From: Utricularia gibba
Taxonomy: Eukaryota; Plantae; Magnoliophyta
Length of the DNA stretch: 64,000 bases
NCBI GenBank assembly: GCA_002189035.1
Contig: NEEC01000021.1
Span: 620,001-684,000 of the forward strand
Direction of reading: 5' to 3'
Shown: positions 40,133 to 51,799 of the stretch, piece by piece
Position numbering within the stretch: the stretch's first letter is position 1
Layout: the number at the start of each line of letters is the position of its first letter
Program-made: the position numbers and the translations under genes
Notes under the pieces: generated by a model
Seen by the model: the letters and a program-made list of their open reading frames with translations, nothing else
Database searches by the model: none
What the model was told of the DNA's origin: nothing

Positions 40133-42346
40133 GCAAAAATTGTCTTTCAAATGGTATTTTTTGTCTAGTTGTTTATTTTTTTTTATTTTCATAAATACGT
40201 GCTTTTTCATTTTGTCTCTTACAGCACGAGTTGTTGGTGCCTTCATGTAATATGTTCATTTTTTATCATGTTATTTTGAGCACCCACAATGTGCATTATT
40301 GGTGCTAGATGTCATATGTGTATTTTGCACTGCATTATTTCCAAGCACATGCAATCCATGTTCTCTATATCTAGATGTAATATACATATTTTTTACTATA
40401 TCATTTCCAAACAACTACAATGTACATTATTGGTGACTAGATAGAATGTGTGTTTTCAAAATAAATTTACATGTCCAAACAAATATATTCTATAATTTTC
40501 ATCATCCATGTTTCATAAAGTGCACAAATAATGCATTTCAGAGCGTAGGGCAGCGTATGCACGAGAAAATGAAGGTTGCACAACCTCTCAAATAAATGAC
40601 AACAATAAAACATACAGAACTTTAAGATAGGCAATTTATTCTATTTACAAAAAAAAATCATCCGAATCATACCTTGAAAGGAAAAACTGAGTACCTGAAA
40701 TATGGCAAAGTGATCATAAGTAAAATCATCCGAATCATACGGAGAGAATGTGCTTAAAAAAGTAACCCTCCTAATATTTTATAAGACATTTTTCAGAAAG
40801 AGGAAAAAGTAAAATCATGATTACTAAATGCACGAAGTGACAATATCATATGTAAGGCGAGGATGACGCCTATGGATAATGAGAAGAACCCTTTGAATTT
40901 CAAATTATGAGCAGTCTTAAACGTAAATTCTTTTGCTTCTTGCTTCTTTAATTAATACTCATAGGAAATGTATTACTTGGTTATCTGGTATTCCTCTTCT
41001 TGAAATCCTGCGCCGGAATTTTTTTATATCTATGATGAATTATTACTCTATCGGTTACTGCGTGAAGTTTCGAAAATATTGACTCTTCGCTTCGAGGCAA
41101 GTCCTTCTCGTGCTTCTAGTACCATTTCTCTCTTTTTTTTTTTTTTTTTTTGCTATATTTTTATAAATTAATTCATAAAATATCTATTATTTACATTTAT
41201 GTAACAATCGTGTTTTCATCTTAAATTTAAAATAAACTAAACCTTGATTAATGTGTTACACACAAACCAAACACATACTAAGATGTTGGATCCCAAGCTA
41301 TTATACTCTCATTGTGTGACTAAAGGCATTCCTCTGAACAATAATGAGAAATAAGATGAGCATTTAAACTTGAAATATTCGTCATCCCTAAATAAAATGA
41401 GTTTTATTGTGTAAAATGATATTTGATAACATCGATAAGAGAATAAAAAACAAAAAATACAAATATGATACTAGAACTGTTATATAATACAATTTAACAT
41501 TTTAGTATGATATAAGAGAATAAAATACATAATAATTTCAATAATATCCTGAACCAAATGAATATTTTTAAAACAAATTAATGTTAAAAAAAACTGTACC
41601 CTTTTTAATTATAATATGTCGGTGTAACATGGGAAATGTTCAACGGCCGCTTGGTTTGGTGGGAAGAAGTCCATAATTGCCATCACGATCCACGTGGTTG
41701 GTGGCGTTTTTTAATTAATAATATATTTAAATTATATGTATTCAAATAACTATAATAAAAGTATATATATATATATATTAAAAATATGTGATTAAAAATG
41801 CTATTCTATTTGTTTCATGGAAATAAGTCCATATTTTCCATCACAATGGTGTGGATTTGGTAGCATAATTTAATTACTAATATATTTACATTATTTGTGT
41901 TTAAATAATTATAATTTATATGGTTATGATGACAGTGTATTTGGTATATATTTTTTAAAAATATGTGTTTAAAATGCTATTCTGTTTGCTATGTGTATTC
42001 TATTCAATCATATTTTTTAAAAAATATGATTGAAAATGCAATTTTTTAAAAAAAATCACACCATGTAGTACTCAACATATATTTATTTAGAGACATATAT
42101 TTTTAAATCAAACAATTAAATTATTCAATATATGTCCTCCTTTCATTACTCAAATATAAAGTCAATGACTGATAAAAAAAATGCAAGGTCAATGATCTCA
42201 TGAAAGAAGACAAAACGAGAGACAAATGGCACCAAATGCGTGTAATAATTGATGACCACACCAGCAGCTCTTCTTGATCTGGTTGTCTTCCCTCTTTTGA
42301 TAATCCTTTGCACGCAAGTCTCCAAAGAAGAAGAGAAGGAAGCTTT

Positions 42347-44995
42347 ATGGCTGTAGCAGCTTACGTCGCTCTGCGTCCCTTGGAGGATGCTCTTGTTGCG
42401 ATCCAAAACCTCCATGAAAATGGAACAATCCAAATCAACAACCAGCAAATTGGAGATCTTTGTGGCAAAGTGCGTGTTTTAATACATTTACTTGAATCTC
42501 TTCCAGTTCATCGTGCCCTGACAACCCAGATGAGGACTTTGGTTGAAAAGGTTAGGGATGATGCCATAGAAATAGAGTGCTACTTGGCTTCTAGTATTAC
42601 TGAGAAACTTAGTCACCCTCAATCGAATACTCTTGCTTTGGATGGGTTGATTCAGAAACTTGAATCTGTGGCACTTCGAATGAGAGATGAACTTGTCTCG
42701 GATCTCCATCGTATGGTTAAATCTGTACTATCTCTATTGTTTGAAACTCAATTCCAAGGATCTGAGGCTTTTATTGAAGACATCATCTTTATGGTCATTG
42801 AATCGCATCTCTACAACGAGATGGTGGATCACAGTGATGAAAATCTTGATTGTTTGACTTCTTTGTTGAAAGAGATGAGGGAGAAACTACAATCCATGGA
42901 GAAAAGGATATCGATAGTTGGTGATCAAGTCGAACCTATCTTTGATATATCTTTCCTTCACGTTGTTCCTGATTCGAGAGAGAAAACAAATGACCTTTTA
43001 AAAAATGAACAGACTTGGGTGATCCAAAAGTTAGCCAGCCATGTAAAAGACCTTCAAATCATTGCAATTCATGGAATGGGTGGAATTGGAAAAACCGATT
43101 TGGCTGGGCGTATCTTTGACAGCTCAATAACCCAAAGGATGTTTAAAATTCGTAAGTGGTGTAAAATTTCTGCAGATTATGATGAACGTCGTATTCTTCA
43201 AAGCCTTCTAGGGTACAAAAGTGATGATGAAAATGGTGATCTGGGTACCAAACTGTACCAATCTTTATACCATTCTCCATACTTGATTGTTATGGATGAT
43301 ATGTGGTCCATAGATGCATGGGAAAACTTGAGAAATTTTCTCCCCAAGAATCATACTCGTAGCCGAGTTATCATCACTACTAGAGACAAAGATCTAGCAG
43401 CCAAGATCACAAGCCCATCAAATCAATGTGAGATGAAACTCTTAGATGAAGAATCAAGTTGGAATTTACTTTGTGAAAAGACCTTTGGCAAACAAGAGTG
43501 TCCGAGTGAATTGGAGCAACTCGGTAGAAAAATTTCCAAGAATTGCAAAGGGTTGCCTTTGTCGTTGGTCACAATTGGTGGGTTGCTTTCAAAGTCCAAC
43601 ATGACTATGGAATATTGGGAGAATATTGAACAAAATATGACCAAAATTACTGAATTTAAAGACTGTAAGAAGGTATTATCTTTGAGTTACCATTACTTGC
43701 CTCTTCATTTAAAACCATGTTTCTTATGGTTTAGTCATATACATGAAGATCAAATGATGATAGAGGAGGATGTGCTCAAGAATTGGATAGGTGGTGGATT
43801 TGTGAAATCAATTGTTGGTACTCCGATACTATATGTTGCGGCATCCTATATGCATGAGTTGTTGGAACGAAACTTAATTTTTCGTGGGAGATATTATTCT
43901 GAGTATTTTGAGGGATGTAGCATTCATGATCTTTTACTAGAAGTTGCCAAAACTGAATTTAAGAAAGAGGGTATGTTTCCGATATCAAGAAAAAACGATT
44001 TTGAAGGCTATCGTGGTGGTGTATCCCATCCCATTACTATTGGAAGTGGTTTGCTGCAAAAGATGGAAAGTACAGGAATATCCGCCTCCACATCATTACC
44101 ACTCAGTTGCACAAGGCATGCATTTATATGGATGGCTCCATCTATGAGTGAAAGTTATATAAAAGTACCTGGATTTATACCCTTACAATTTCATTACTAT
44201 CTTTGGAACCTACAAATTGTAGAAGTTAGACATAGTGGCTGCATTTATCAACTTGATATTTGGGAAATGTGGCAACTTCGACAACTTGTCCTTGAATGCG
44301 TAGATATTTGGGAGCCACTCTTGGTCAGGTTAACCCAAAAGGAGAATTATCATCCTTATCCTAAGGCATTGGAACAACTCGAAAAGCTATCAATCGATGT
44401 GATGTGGCTTGGAGAAGAGTCTGTGAAGCGAATCCCAAACCTAAGGTTTCTATCCTTCTTCAACTTAATAACTGAACCATCCAATTCAATTCAAGAGTTT
44501 CCTGTTACTGATAAATCACCCAGCATCAACATTTTCCCACCGTTATTGAACCAGCTAATTATGGGTAGTCATGTGATATCTAAAGAAGACATTGCATCAA
44601 TTGCATCATTACAGTTTTTGCAAAGTCTGCATCTGCTATTCACTAGCTGTATGAAGGGGGATTTGATTTTAAAGGGAAATTTTTCTCATTTGATATATCT
44701 GACAATTCATTCACCGTACAAGAATATTCATTGCCAAGTGAAAGTAGAGAACATCAGTGACTTCCAAAAACTTGAGAATTTGGAATTGGTTGGATTGCCT
44801 CACTTTGAATTTCTTGATAACATTGGAGATCTTACAGCCTTGTCTTCAATTGAGCTATCAGATTGTAGTGAATCTGTGTTAGAATCAATGAAGCAAATGG
44901 TTCGAGAACAACATTGTCTAGCAAATGACACACTCAAGTTATACTGGTATGCAGGTCGTCAAAGATTTAAACTGGAGGAAGATAATACATATTGA
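42347..44995 (+). CDS. CC-NB-ARC-LRR resistance protein (R1/R1B-like), single exon, NLR2
   Basis: Uninterrupted ORF from MAVAAYVAL; HGMGGIGKTD, YLIVMDDMW, SRVIITTR, CKGLPL, LKPCFLWF, IHDLL. Confidence 0.95.
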   Translation: MAVAAYVALRPLEDALVAIQNLHENGTIQINNQQIGDLCGKVRVLIHLLESLPVHRALTTQMRTLVEKVRDDAIEIECYLASSITEKLSHPQSNTLALDGLIQKLESVALRMRDELVSDLHRMVKSVLSLLFETQFQGSEAFIEDIIFMVIESHLYNEMVDHSDENLDCLTSLLKEMREKLQSMEKRISIVGDQVEPIFDISFLHVVPDSREKTNDLLKNEQTWVIQKLASHVKDLQIIAIHGMGGIGKTDLAGRIFDSSITQRMFKIRKWCKISADYDERRILQSLLGYKSDDENGDLGTKLYQSLYHSPYLIVMDDMWSIDAWENLRNFLPKNHTRSRVIITTRDKDLAAKITSPSNQCEMKLLDEESSWNLLCEKTFGKQECPSELEQLGRKISKNCKGLPLSLVTIGGLLSKSNMTMEYWENIEQNMTKITEFKDCKKVLSLSYHYLPLHLKPCFLWFSHIHEDQMMIEEDVLKNWIGGGFVKSIVGTPILYVAASYMHELLERNLIFRGRYYSEYFEGCSIHDLLLEVAKTEFKKEGMFPISRKNDFEGYRGGVSHPITIGSGLLQKMESTGISASTSLPLSCTRHAFIWMAPSMSESYIKVPGFIPLQFHYYLWNLQIVEVRHSGCIYQLDIWEMWQLRQLVLECVDIWEPLLVRLTQKENYHPYPKALEQLEKLSIDVMWLGEESVKRIPNLRFLSFFNLITEPSNSIQEFPVTDKSPSINIFPPLLNQLIMGSHVISKEDIASIASLQFLQSLHLLFTSCMKGDLILKGNFSHLIYLTIHSPYKNIHCQVKVENISDFQKLENLELVGLPHFEFLDNIGDLTALSSIELSDCSESVLESMKQMVREQHCLANDTLKLYWYAGRQRFKLEEDNTY

Positions 44996-47900
44996 ATTGC
45001 ATAAGAGCACCATTACCATGAAAGGTTCTCTTCACTAGCTTCATGTTTTTTCCAACTCATTTAATGTATGCATTTTAGTCATTTAGTAAAAAAAAAAAAA
45101 AAAAGGTCACTTGTAATATATGTATTTCGGTCACTTGAGATAAAGATATTCTTTTAATACAAATATATCAAAAGGATCAACCAAATTCTTTACCATGAAA
45201 GGTTCTCTTCACTATCATGATGTCATTGTTTCAAAAGTCCAAATTTGCATATCAAATATATTTATATACGTGACCCATATAATATTGCTTATTATTTTCA
45301 GTTGTAGAAAAATTACATAGAGAATTTCTACTCTCTTCTCAAATGGTATAATTGGTCTTTAAGTAATTAATATTTATCTTCACTATTTAGAAATCATATA
45401 ATCTATCTTCGTTATTTCAAATTACATAATATTGCTTATTATGTGCTTGTACGCCTATTTTGATGCATTGGCAGGCAAGCACCAGCAGCATCATCATCAT
45501 CGAGATGGTGGGCAGTGGGGGGCATAGAGGAGAATTAATGAGCATGGAATGGTGGCGGTTGGTCAGCTGTGGTTGAAACTGGGACTAATTTTATCAAATA
45601 GTAAAATGTTAGATGATCAACTATATCCAATTTTCAAATAATATCAATATATTATATCTAATATTAAAAATAATAGAGACTAAGGGCTTTTTCTAATCTA
45701 TTTTTAAAATATTAACTTCTACTTCTTAAGAAATAGAAAGTATAAGTTATTTTTTTATAAGTTACAAATCATGTTTTAATATGTTTATTTTCATGCTAAA
45801 TTTCAAATCTACCTACCCTCATGTTAAAAATAAATTGTTACTTTTACTATTCTATGAACGAAGATCATTATTGATAGTATGTGTAGATTAAGACATATGG
45901 TTACTTCTTCTTTGACACTAACAAGTAAATGACGAGTTGAAGAAAAGTGGGAGTGTTCATTCTCAAAGAGTTGTATGCCCTACGATCATGATTATTAAAT
46001 ATATTAAGAAGCACAGACCAATCACTAATTGGTAGATTGTTGAAAGTTTGTTTCACCATATAATGTTTGTTGTAGATAGCTACTATATCTATGACTTTGA
46101 AAGCTTGATTTCATGCATGTTGATCATCGTTAGAATTATTATTCGTTTTTAAAGAATGAGGAGAATTATCTTTCATTGATGCCTCCCATGAAGATATGAT
46201 TCAAAAATAAAAATACAAGAGATGAATATTTATGGTGACAAGAAAATAAAAATAAAATTAACAATAAAGTGGAAATAAAAAACACAATAAATTGAAAATA
46301 AAATTATATGACAGTGGAAATAAAAATCCTAATAGATAAATATTAGTGTCCAAAATGAAACTGCATACCACATTAGTCATAAATTATAATAACATAAATG
46401 TTTATTTGGTAAACTAGCATATGATCTAATATTCATCGATCAAGATTAATTTGAGGATCGGGAAGTAGTCATATGACTCCTCAGATATGCTAAGTATTTT
46501 TCATAAGTGTCAATGGCTAACAATATACGACATTCAACTGTTTTAACAAAGAGGTGCATTGCAATTCAGTAATCACCACTGATGATACTCTTGGTATTTT
46601 CCAAAACCTTCACATTCTTCCACAAGTCATAGATCATTTTTTGGTAATTGACGTGCATTATCTTCAGCAATGCGCTTGATCGACTTGACGATAACGTCTG
46701 AGTTATTTTCCTTTCCACTCTTTTTTTTTTACTTGGTTGTTCTTTTCATATATCATTACTAAATATACAACTAACACCATGGTCTGAAGGTGGTGTAACA
46801 AAGTCATCAACTATAAGTTCATAGGTCCAATCAAAAGTATTATTTTCAGTCTCAAGAACACATTCAACTTCATCATCCATTCCCAATGGTGGAATTTTAG
46901 AGCTTAGTGTATAGCTCTTGATTAGTGGTAATGATATCATGGAAGAATTACTCCATGAGTTCTTTGTATAGTAGTGATCCATCACAAAACTTTTTAGCAT
47001 CCTTATTCTCCTACAATTAAGAAAAATCAAACAAGCAAAACCAAATAATTATCATAAAAGGCACCAAATACTATTAGAATCAATAATATAGGTCAAAATA
47101 CTATAAAACACAATCATATAACAATAATAAATCATAAAACGATCATAAAAATGGGATGAACAAACTGAAGGAGTTAAATTTCAATAAAAGTTGTCACAAC
47201 TAATGACAAAAGCAAACGAATGACAAAAGTACATTGTCTGTGGCACCATCAACACGATCTAGAGGAAGAGGAAGACATGAGTTAAGTGGGGGAGAGTGAG
47301 AAACTAAAATAAATAATTAACTAGCTTTTTTAATCGTAGGAGTATATTGATATTTTCATAAATTAATTCATCAAATATCTATTATTTATATTTATGTATC
47401 AATCATGTTTTCATCTTAAATTTAAAATAAACCAAACACATACTAAGATGTTGGATCCCAAGCTATTATCCGCTCATTGTTTGACTAAAGGCATTTATGT
47501 GAACAATAATAAGAAATAAAATGAGCATTTAAAAATCGAAATATTCGTCATCCCTAAATAAAATGAGTCTTATTGTGTAAAATGATATTTGACAACATCA
47601 TAGGGAATAAAAACAAAAAAAAAAAATAGAAATATGATACTAGAACTGTTATACAAGTAATAAAATTTAACATTTTAGTATGCTCTAAAAGAATAAAATA
47701 CATAATGATTTCAATATTATCATGAACCAAATTAATATTTTAAAAATAAATAAATGTTTTCAAAAAACTGTATCCTTTTAATTATAATATGTATGTGTAA
47801 CGGGAAATGTTCAACGGCCACTTGGTTTGGTGAGAAGAAGTCCATAATTGCCATCACAATCCACGCGGTTGGTGGCGTTGTTTAATTAAAAATATATTTA

Positions 47901-48632
47901 AATTATATGTATTCAAGTAAATGTAATAAGAGTATATTTGATATATATATTTTAAAAATATGTGATTAAAAATGCTATTCTATTTGCCATCACAATTGTG
48001 CAGATTTGGTAGCATAATTTAATTACTAATATATTTAAATTATTTGTGTTTAAATAATTATAATTTATATGGTTATAATGATAGTGTTTGATATATTTTT
48101 GTCAAATATGTAATTTAAAATGCTTTTCTATTTGCTATATGTGTTAGAATAGATACAACAAAAGAAAAAAAATTCAAATGAAAAAAAAAATGAGAAATAT
48201 GATTGAAAATGGATTAAAAAAGGATTTTTATTTAAATCTATTTCAACTAAAGTTCATTATTAATCGTAAAATTGGCAATAGGGACAATCACAATTAATGG
48301 TTAAAAACATCAAAAACTGCCCAATCTTGAAAATGTAAGATTTTCTATAAAATATATATAATATTAATGAAATAATTTGAGTTCTTAAATCATACAATTA
48401 AATTACCGCTTACATGGCCTTCCTTCATTACTCAAATGCAAAAGTTAATGATTGATAAAAAAAAATGCAAAGTTAATGATCTCATGACAGAAGACCTAAA
48501 ATGAGAGAGACAAATGGTACCAAATTAGTAATAATTGATGACCGCACCAGCAGCTCTTCTTGGTCTGGTCGTCTCCCCTCTTCTGACAATTCTTTGCACG
48601 CAAGTCTCGAAAGAAGAGGAGAAGGAAACCTT

Positions 48633-51218
48633 ATGGCTGTAGCAGCTTACGTCGCTCTGCGTCCCTTGGAGGATGCTCTTGTTGCGATTCAAAACCTCCA
48701 TGAAAATGGAACAATCCAAATCAACAAGCAGCAAGTTGGAGACCTTCGTAGCAAGGTGCGTGTTTTAATACACTTACTTGAATCTCTTCCACCTCATCGT
48801 GCACTGACACCCCAGATGAGGATTTTGGTTGAAAAAGTTAGGGATGATGCAATAGAAATAGAGTGTTGCTTGGCTTCTAGTATTACTGAGAAACTTTGTC
48901 ACCCTCAATCGAATACTCTTGCTTTGGATGGGTTGATTCAGAAGCTTGAATCTGTGGCACTTCAAATAAGAGATGAACTTGTCTCGGATCTCCATCGAAT
49001 GGTTAAATCTATACTATATCGATGTCTGCTGTTTGCATGCGAGGCTTTTATTAAAGACATTATCTTTATGGTCATTGAATCGCATCTCTACAACGAGGTG
49101 GTGGATCACACTGATGAAAATCTTGATTGTTTTACCTCTTTGTTGAAAGAGATGAGGGAGAAACTACGATCTATGGAGAAAAGGGCATTGAAAGGGTTAA
49201 GCAAGTATGGCGTAAGAATGTATGCTCTGGGTGACATTCCCTTTGATTCTAATTCAAAAAAAAAAAAACAAATGACTTTTTCAAAGAAAAGGAGACATGG
49301 GCCATCCAAGAGTTAGGCATCCATGTAAAAGACCTTCAAATCATTGCAATTGTTGGAATGGGTGGAATAGGAAAAACTACTCTAGCTCGACGTATCTTTG
49401 ACAATCCAATAACTAAAAGAATGTTTGACATCTGTATGTGGTGCACAATTTCTGCGGATTATGATGAGCATCGTATTCTCCAAACTCTTCTTGGGTGTCA
49501 AAGTGATGCTGATAATCGTGATCTTGGTACCCAATTGTACCAATTTCTTACACAATCATCGATACTTGATCATTATGGATGATATGTGGTCTATGGATGC
49601 ATGGGAATACTTGAGGAAATTTTTCCCAGAGAATCACACTCAAAGTAGAGTTATCATCACTACTAGAAGCAAGGATGTAGCAAAGGTCACAAACGCAAGG
49701 AAACAATGTGTTATGAAATGCTTAAATGAAGAATGGAGTTGGAAGTTACTTTGTCAAAAGACTTTTGGCAATCCTGAGTGTCCAAGTGAGTTGGAGAAAC
49801 TCGGTAGAAAAATTTCCAAGAATTGCAAAGGGTTGCCTTTGTTGTTGGTCACCATTGGTGGATTGCTTTTAAAATCTGACATGACTGTGGAATATTGGAA
49901 AAATGTTGAACAAAATATGACCAATATTGATGGATTTCAAGATTGCAAGGAGATATTGTCTTTGAGTTATCATTACTTACCTCTTCATCTAAAACCATGT
50001 TTCTTGTGGTTTAGTCGTTTATGTGAAGATCAAATTCTGACACGAGAAAAAGTGATCACAGATTGGATAGCTGAAGGATTTTTGAGACCAATGGCTGGTA
50101 CATCGATACTTGATGTTGCGAAATCCTACATGAATGAGCTGGTGGAACGACAATTAATTTTATGTGAGAAAGATAATTCAGAGTATTTTGAAAGATATGG
50201 CATTCATGATCTTTTATTAGAAGTTTCAAAAACTGAAGCTAAAAAAGAGAATATGCTTTCGATTTCAAGAATCAGGACTTTTGAAGACTATTATGATGAT
50301 GCATCCTTGAACATTGCTCATGGAAGAGTAATGCTGCAAAAGATTAAAAGCAATAAAATATGCTTCTCTAGATCAATGCCACTAGGGATTCTGAGGCATG
50401 CAACTGTAAAAATGGATATGTTTTTGAGTAAAGATGACACAGTACTTGGATTTGTACCCTTACCATTTCATTATTATCTTTGGAATCTGCAAATCTTAGA
50501 TATTTGGTGTAGGGATGAGCAACAAGTTGATATTTGGGAAATGTGGCAACTTAAGCAAGTGTCACTTCACAATATAGATATATGGGAGCCACTATTCGCC
50601 AGATTAACCCAAAAAAAGAATCATCATGATCATCTCAAGACATTGGAATATCTGGAAACCCCATCAATCAATAAAATGTGGCTTGGAGAAGAGGTTGTGA
50701 AGCGGATCCCAAACTTAAGAAATCTAACTGTCACATTCTCAATTGAAAAGTTTCCTGGCATAGATGAATCTTTTAACATCAACATGTTCCCACCATTATT
50801 GAAGGTGCTAAATATGGAGAATATCAACATGTTCCCAGCATCCAAGGAACACATGGCATCAATTGCATCATTACAGTTTCTAGAATTTCTGAAGTTCAAT
50901 ATCAGTATGGAGGAGGAGTTGATAGTAGTAAAGGGGAATTTTTCTCAGTTGAAGTATCTGGAAATTCGTTCAATTTACGAGGGTATTCACAATCCTTGTC
51001 AATTGAAGGTAGAGAAGAGCGATGACTTCCAGAAACTTGAGGAATTGAAGTTGTTTGCATTATGTCATTTTGAATTCCTCGATGACATTGGAGATTTGAC
51101 AGCATTATCTTCAATTCATCTATTAAATTGCAGTGAATGTGTGATAGAATCAACGAAGGAAATAGTTCGAGAACAACATGATCAAGGAAATAATGCCCTC
51201 CAATTATACATGTGTTAG
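48633..51218 (+). pseudogene. CC-NB-ARC-LRR paralog NLR3 with two frameshifts (pseudogene or assembly errors)
   Basis: Frame switches at A13 (49256-49268) and at caatttctta (~49542-49551); the three ORF-track pieces together give a full-length paralog. Confidence 0.8.
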
Positions 51219-51422
51219 GATTGTGGTAGATGTTGATGCGGATTGAAGTGCAACATTACTGAGAAACGTTTTCTCTTCACATGCTTCATGTTTTTCCAAC
51301 TACTATGGTATATGCACTTCATGCCACTTGTAATGTATGTTCATTCACTAATAACAAAAATGGTGACTTGTAATTTATGCACTTTGGTCTTTTTGTTCTT
51401 ATTTCTTCAATTAATACTCTTA

Positions 51423-51799
51423 GGATGCGTTGGGTTCGTGAGATAATGAGTAATAATTAAATTGTATATCATTATACGGTGTTTGGTTATGAATAATGAA
51501 TTAATTATTTTATAATGTATAGATTTATTATCTCACGAAAATAAGATAAAATAATCCAAGGTTGTTGGGTAGTATTTTTTAATCCCCTAACAATATCATA
51601 AATGTCTTTTGTTTTTTTATAGAAAACTCAATTCAGAAAAATAAGTACATTTTCGTCATTTTAATTATACAAACAACTATTCTATTCCAATTATTCCAAC
51701 ACAAACCAAATACATCAAAATACGATCCCATCTAATTCTAATCCACTATCCTACTTAATTTTATCCTGGGATAACTTATCCCATGAACTAAACACACCC
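51423..51799. mobile_element. Tourist-like (PIF/Harbinger) MITE, 377 bp
   Basis: TTA on both sides (51420-51422, 51800-51802); imperfect ~22-bp TIRs ggatgcgttgggttcgtgagataa / ttatcccatgaactaaacacaccc; AT-rich non-coding interior. Confidence 0.75.

Larger units (their letters stand above)
35755..51340 (+). repeat. Tandem triplication of an NLR gene plus flanks (units ~35755-39950, ~41155-45680, ~47350-51340)
   Basis: Shared upstream block gaaatattcgtcatccctaaataaaatgag at ~35780, ~41372 and ~47540; shared 5' UTRs and downstream gtttttccaact/cacttgtaat motifs. Confidence 0.9.

Noticed and set aside
46380-47030. Protein-like minus-strand ORF between NLR2 and NLR3 (possible MULE/FAR1 relic)
   Set aside because: No motif I can recognise with confidence; needs BLASTx.
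48501-48632. 44-aa N-terminal extension of NLR3 from an upstream ATG
   Set aside because: The homologous region in NLR1/NLR2 has an in-frame TGA and indels, so it is 5' UTR; MAVAAY is the shared start.
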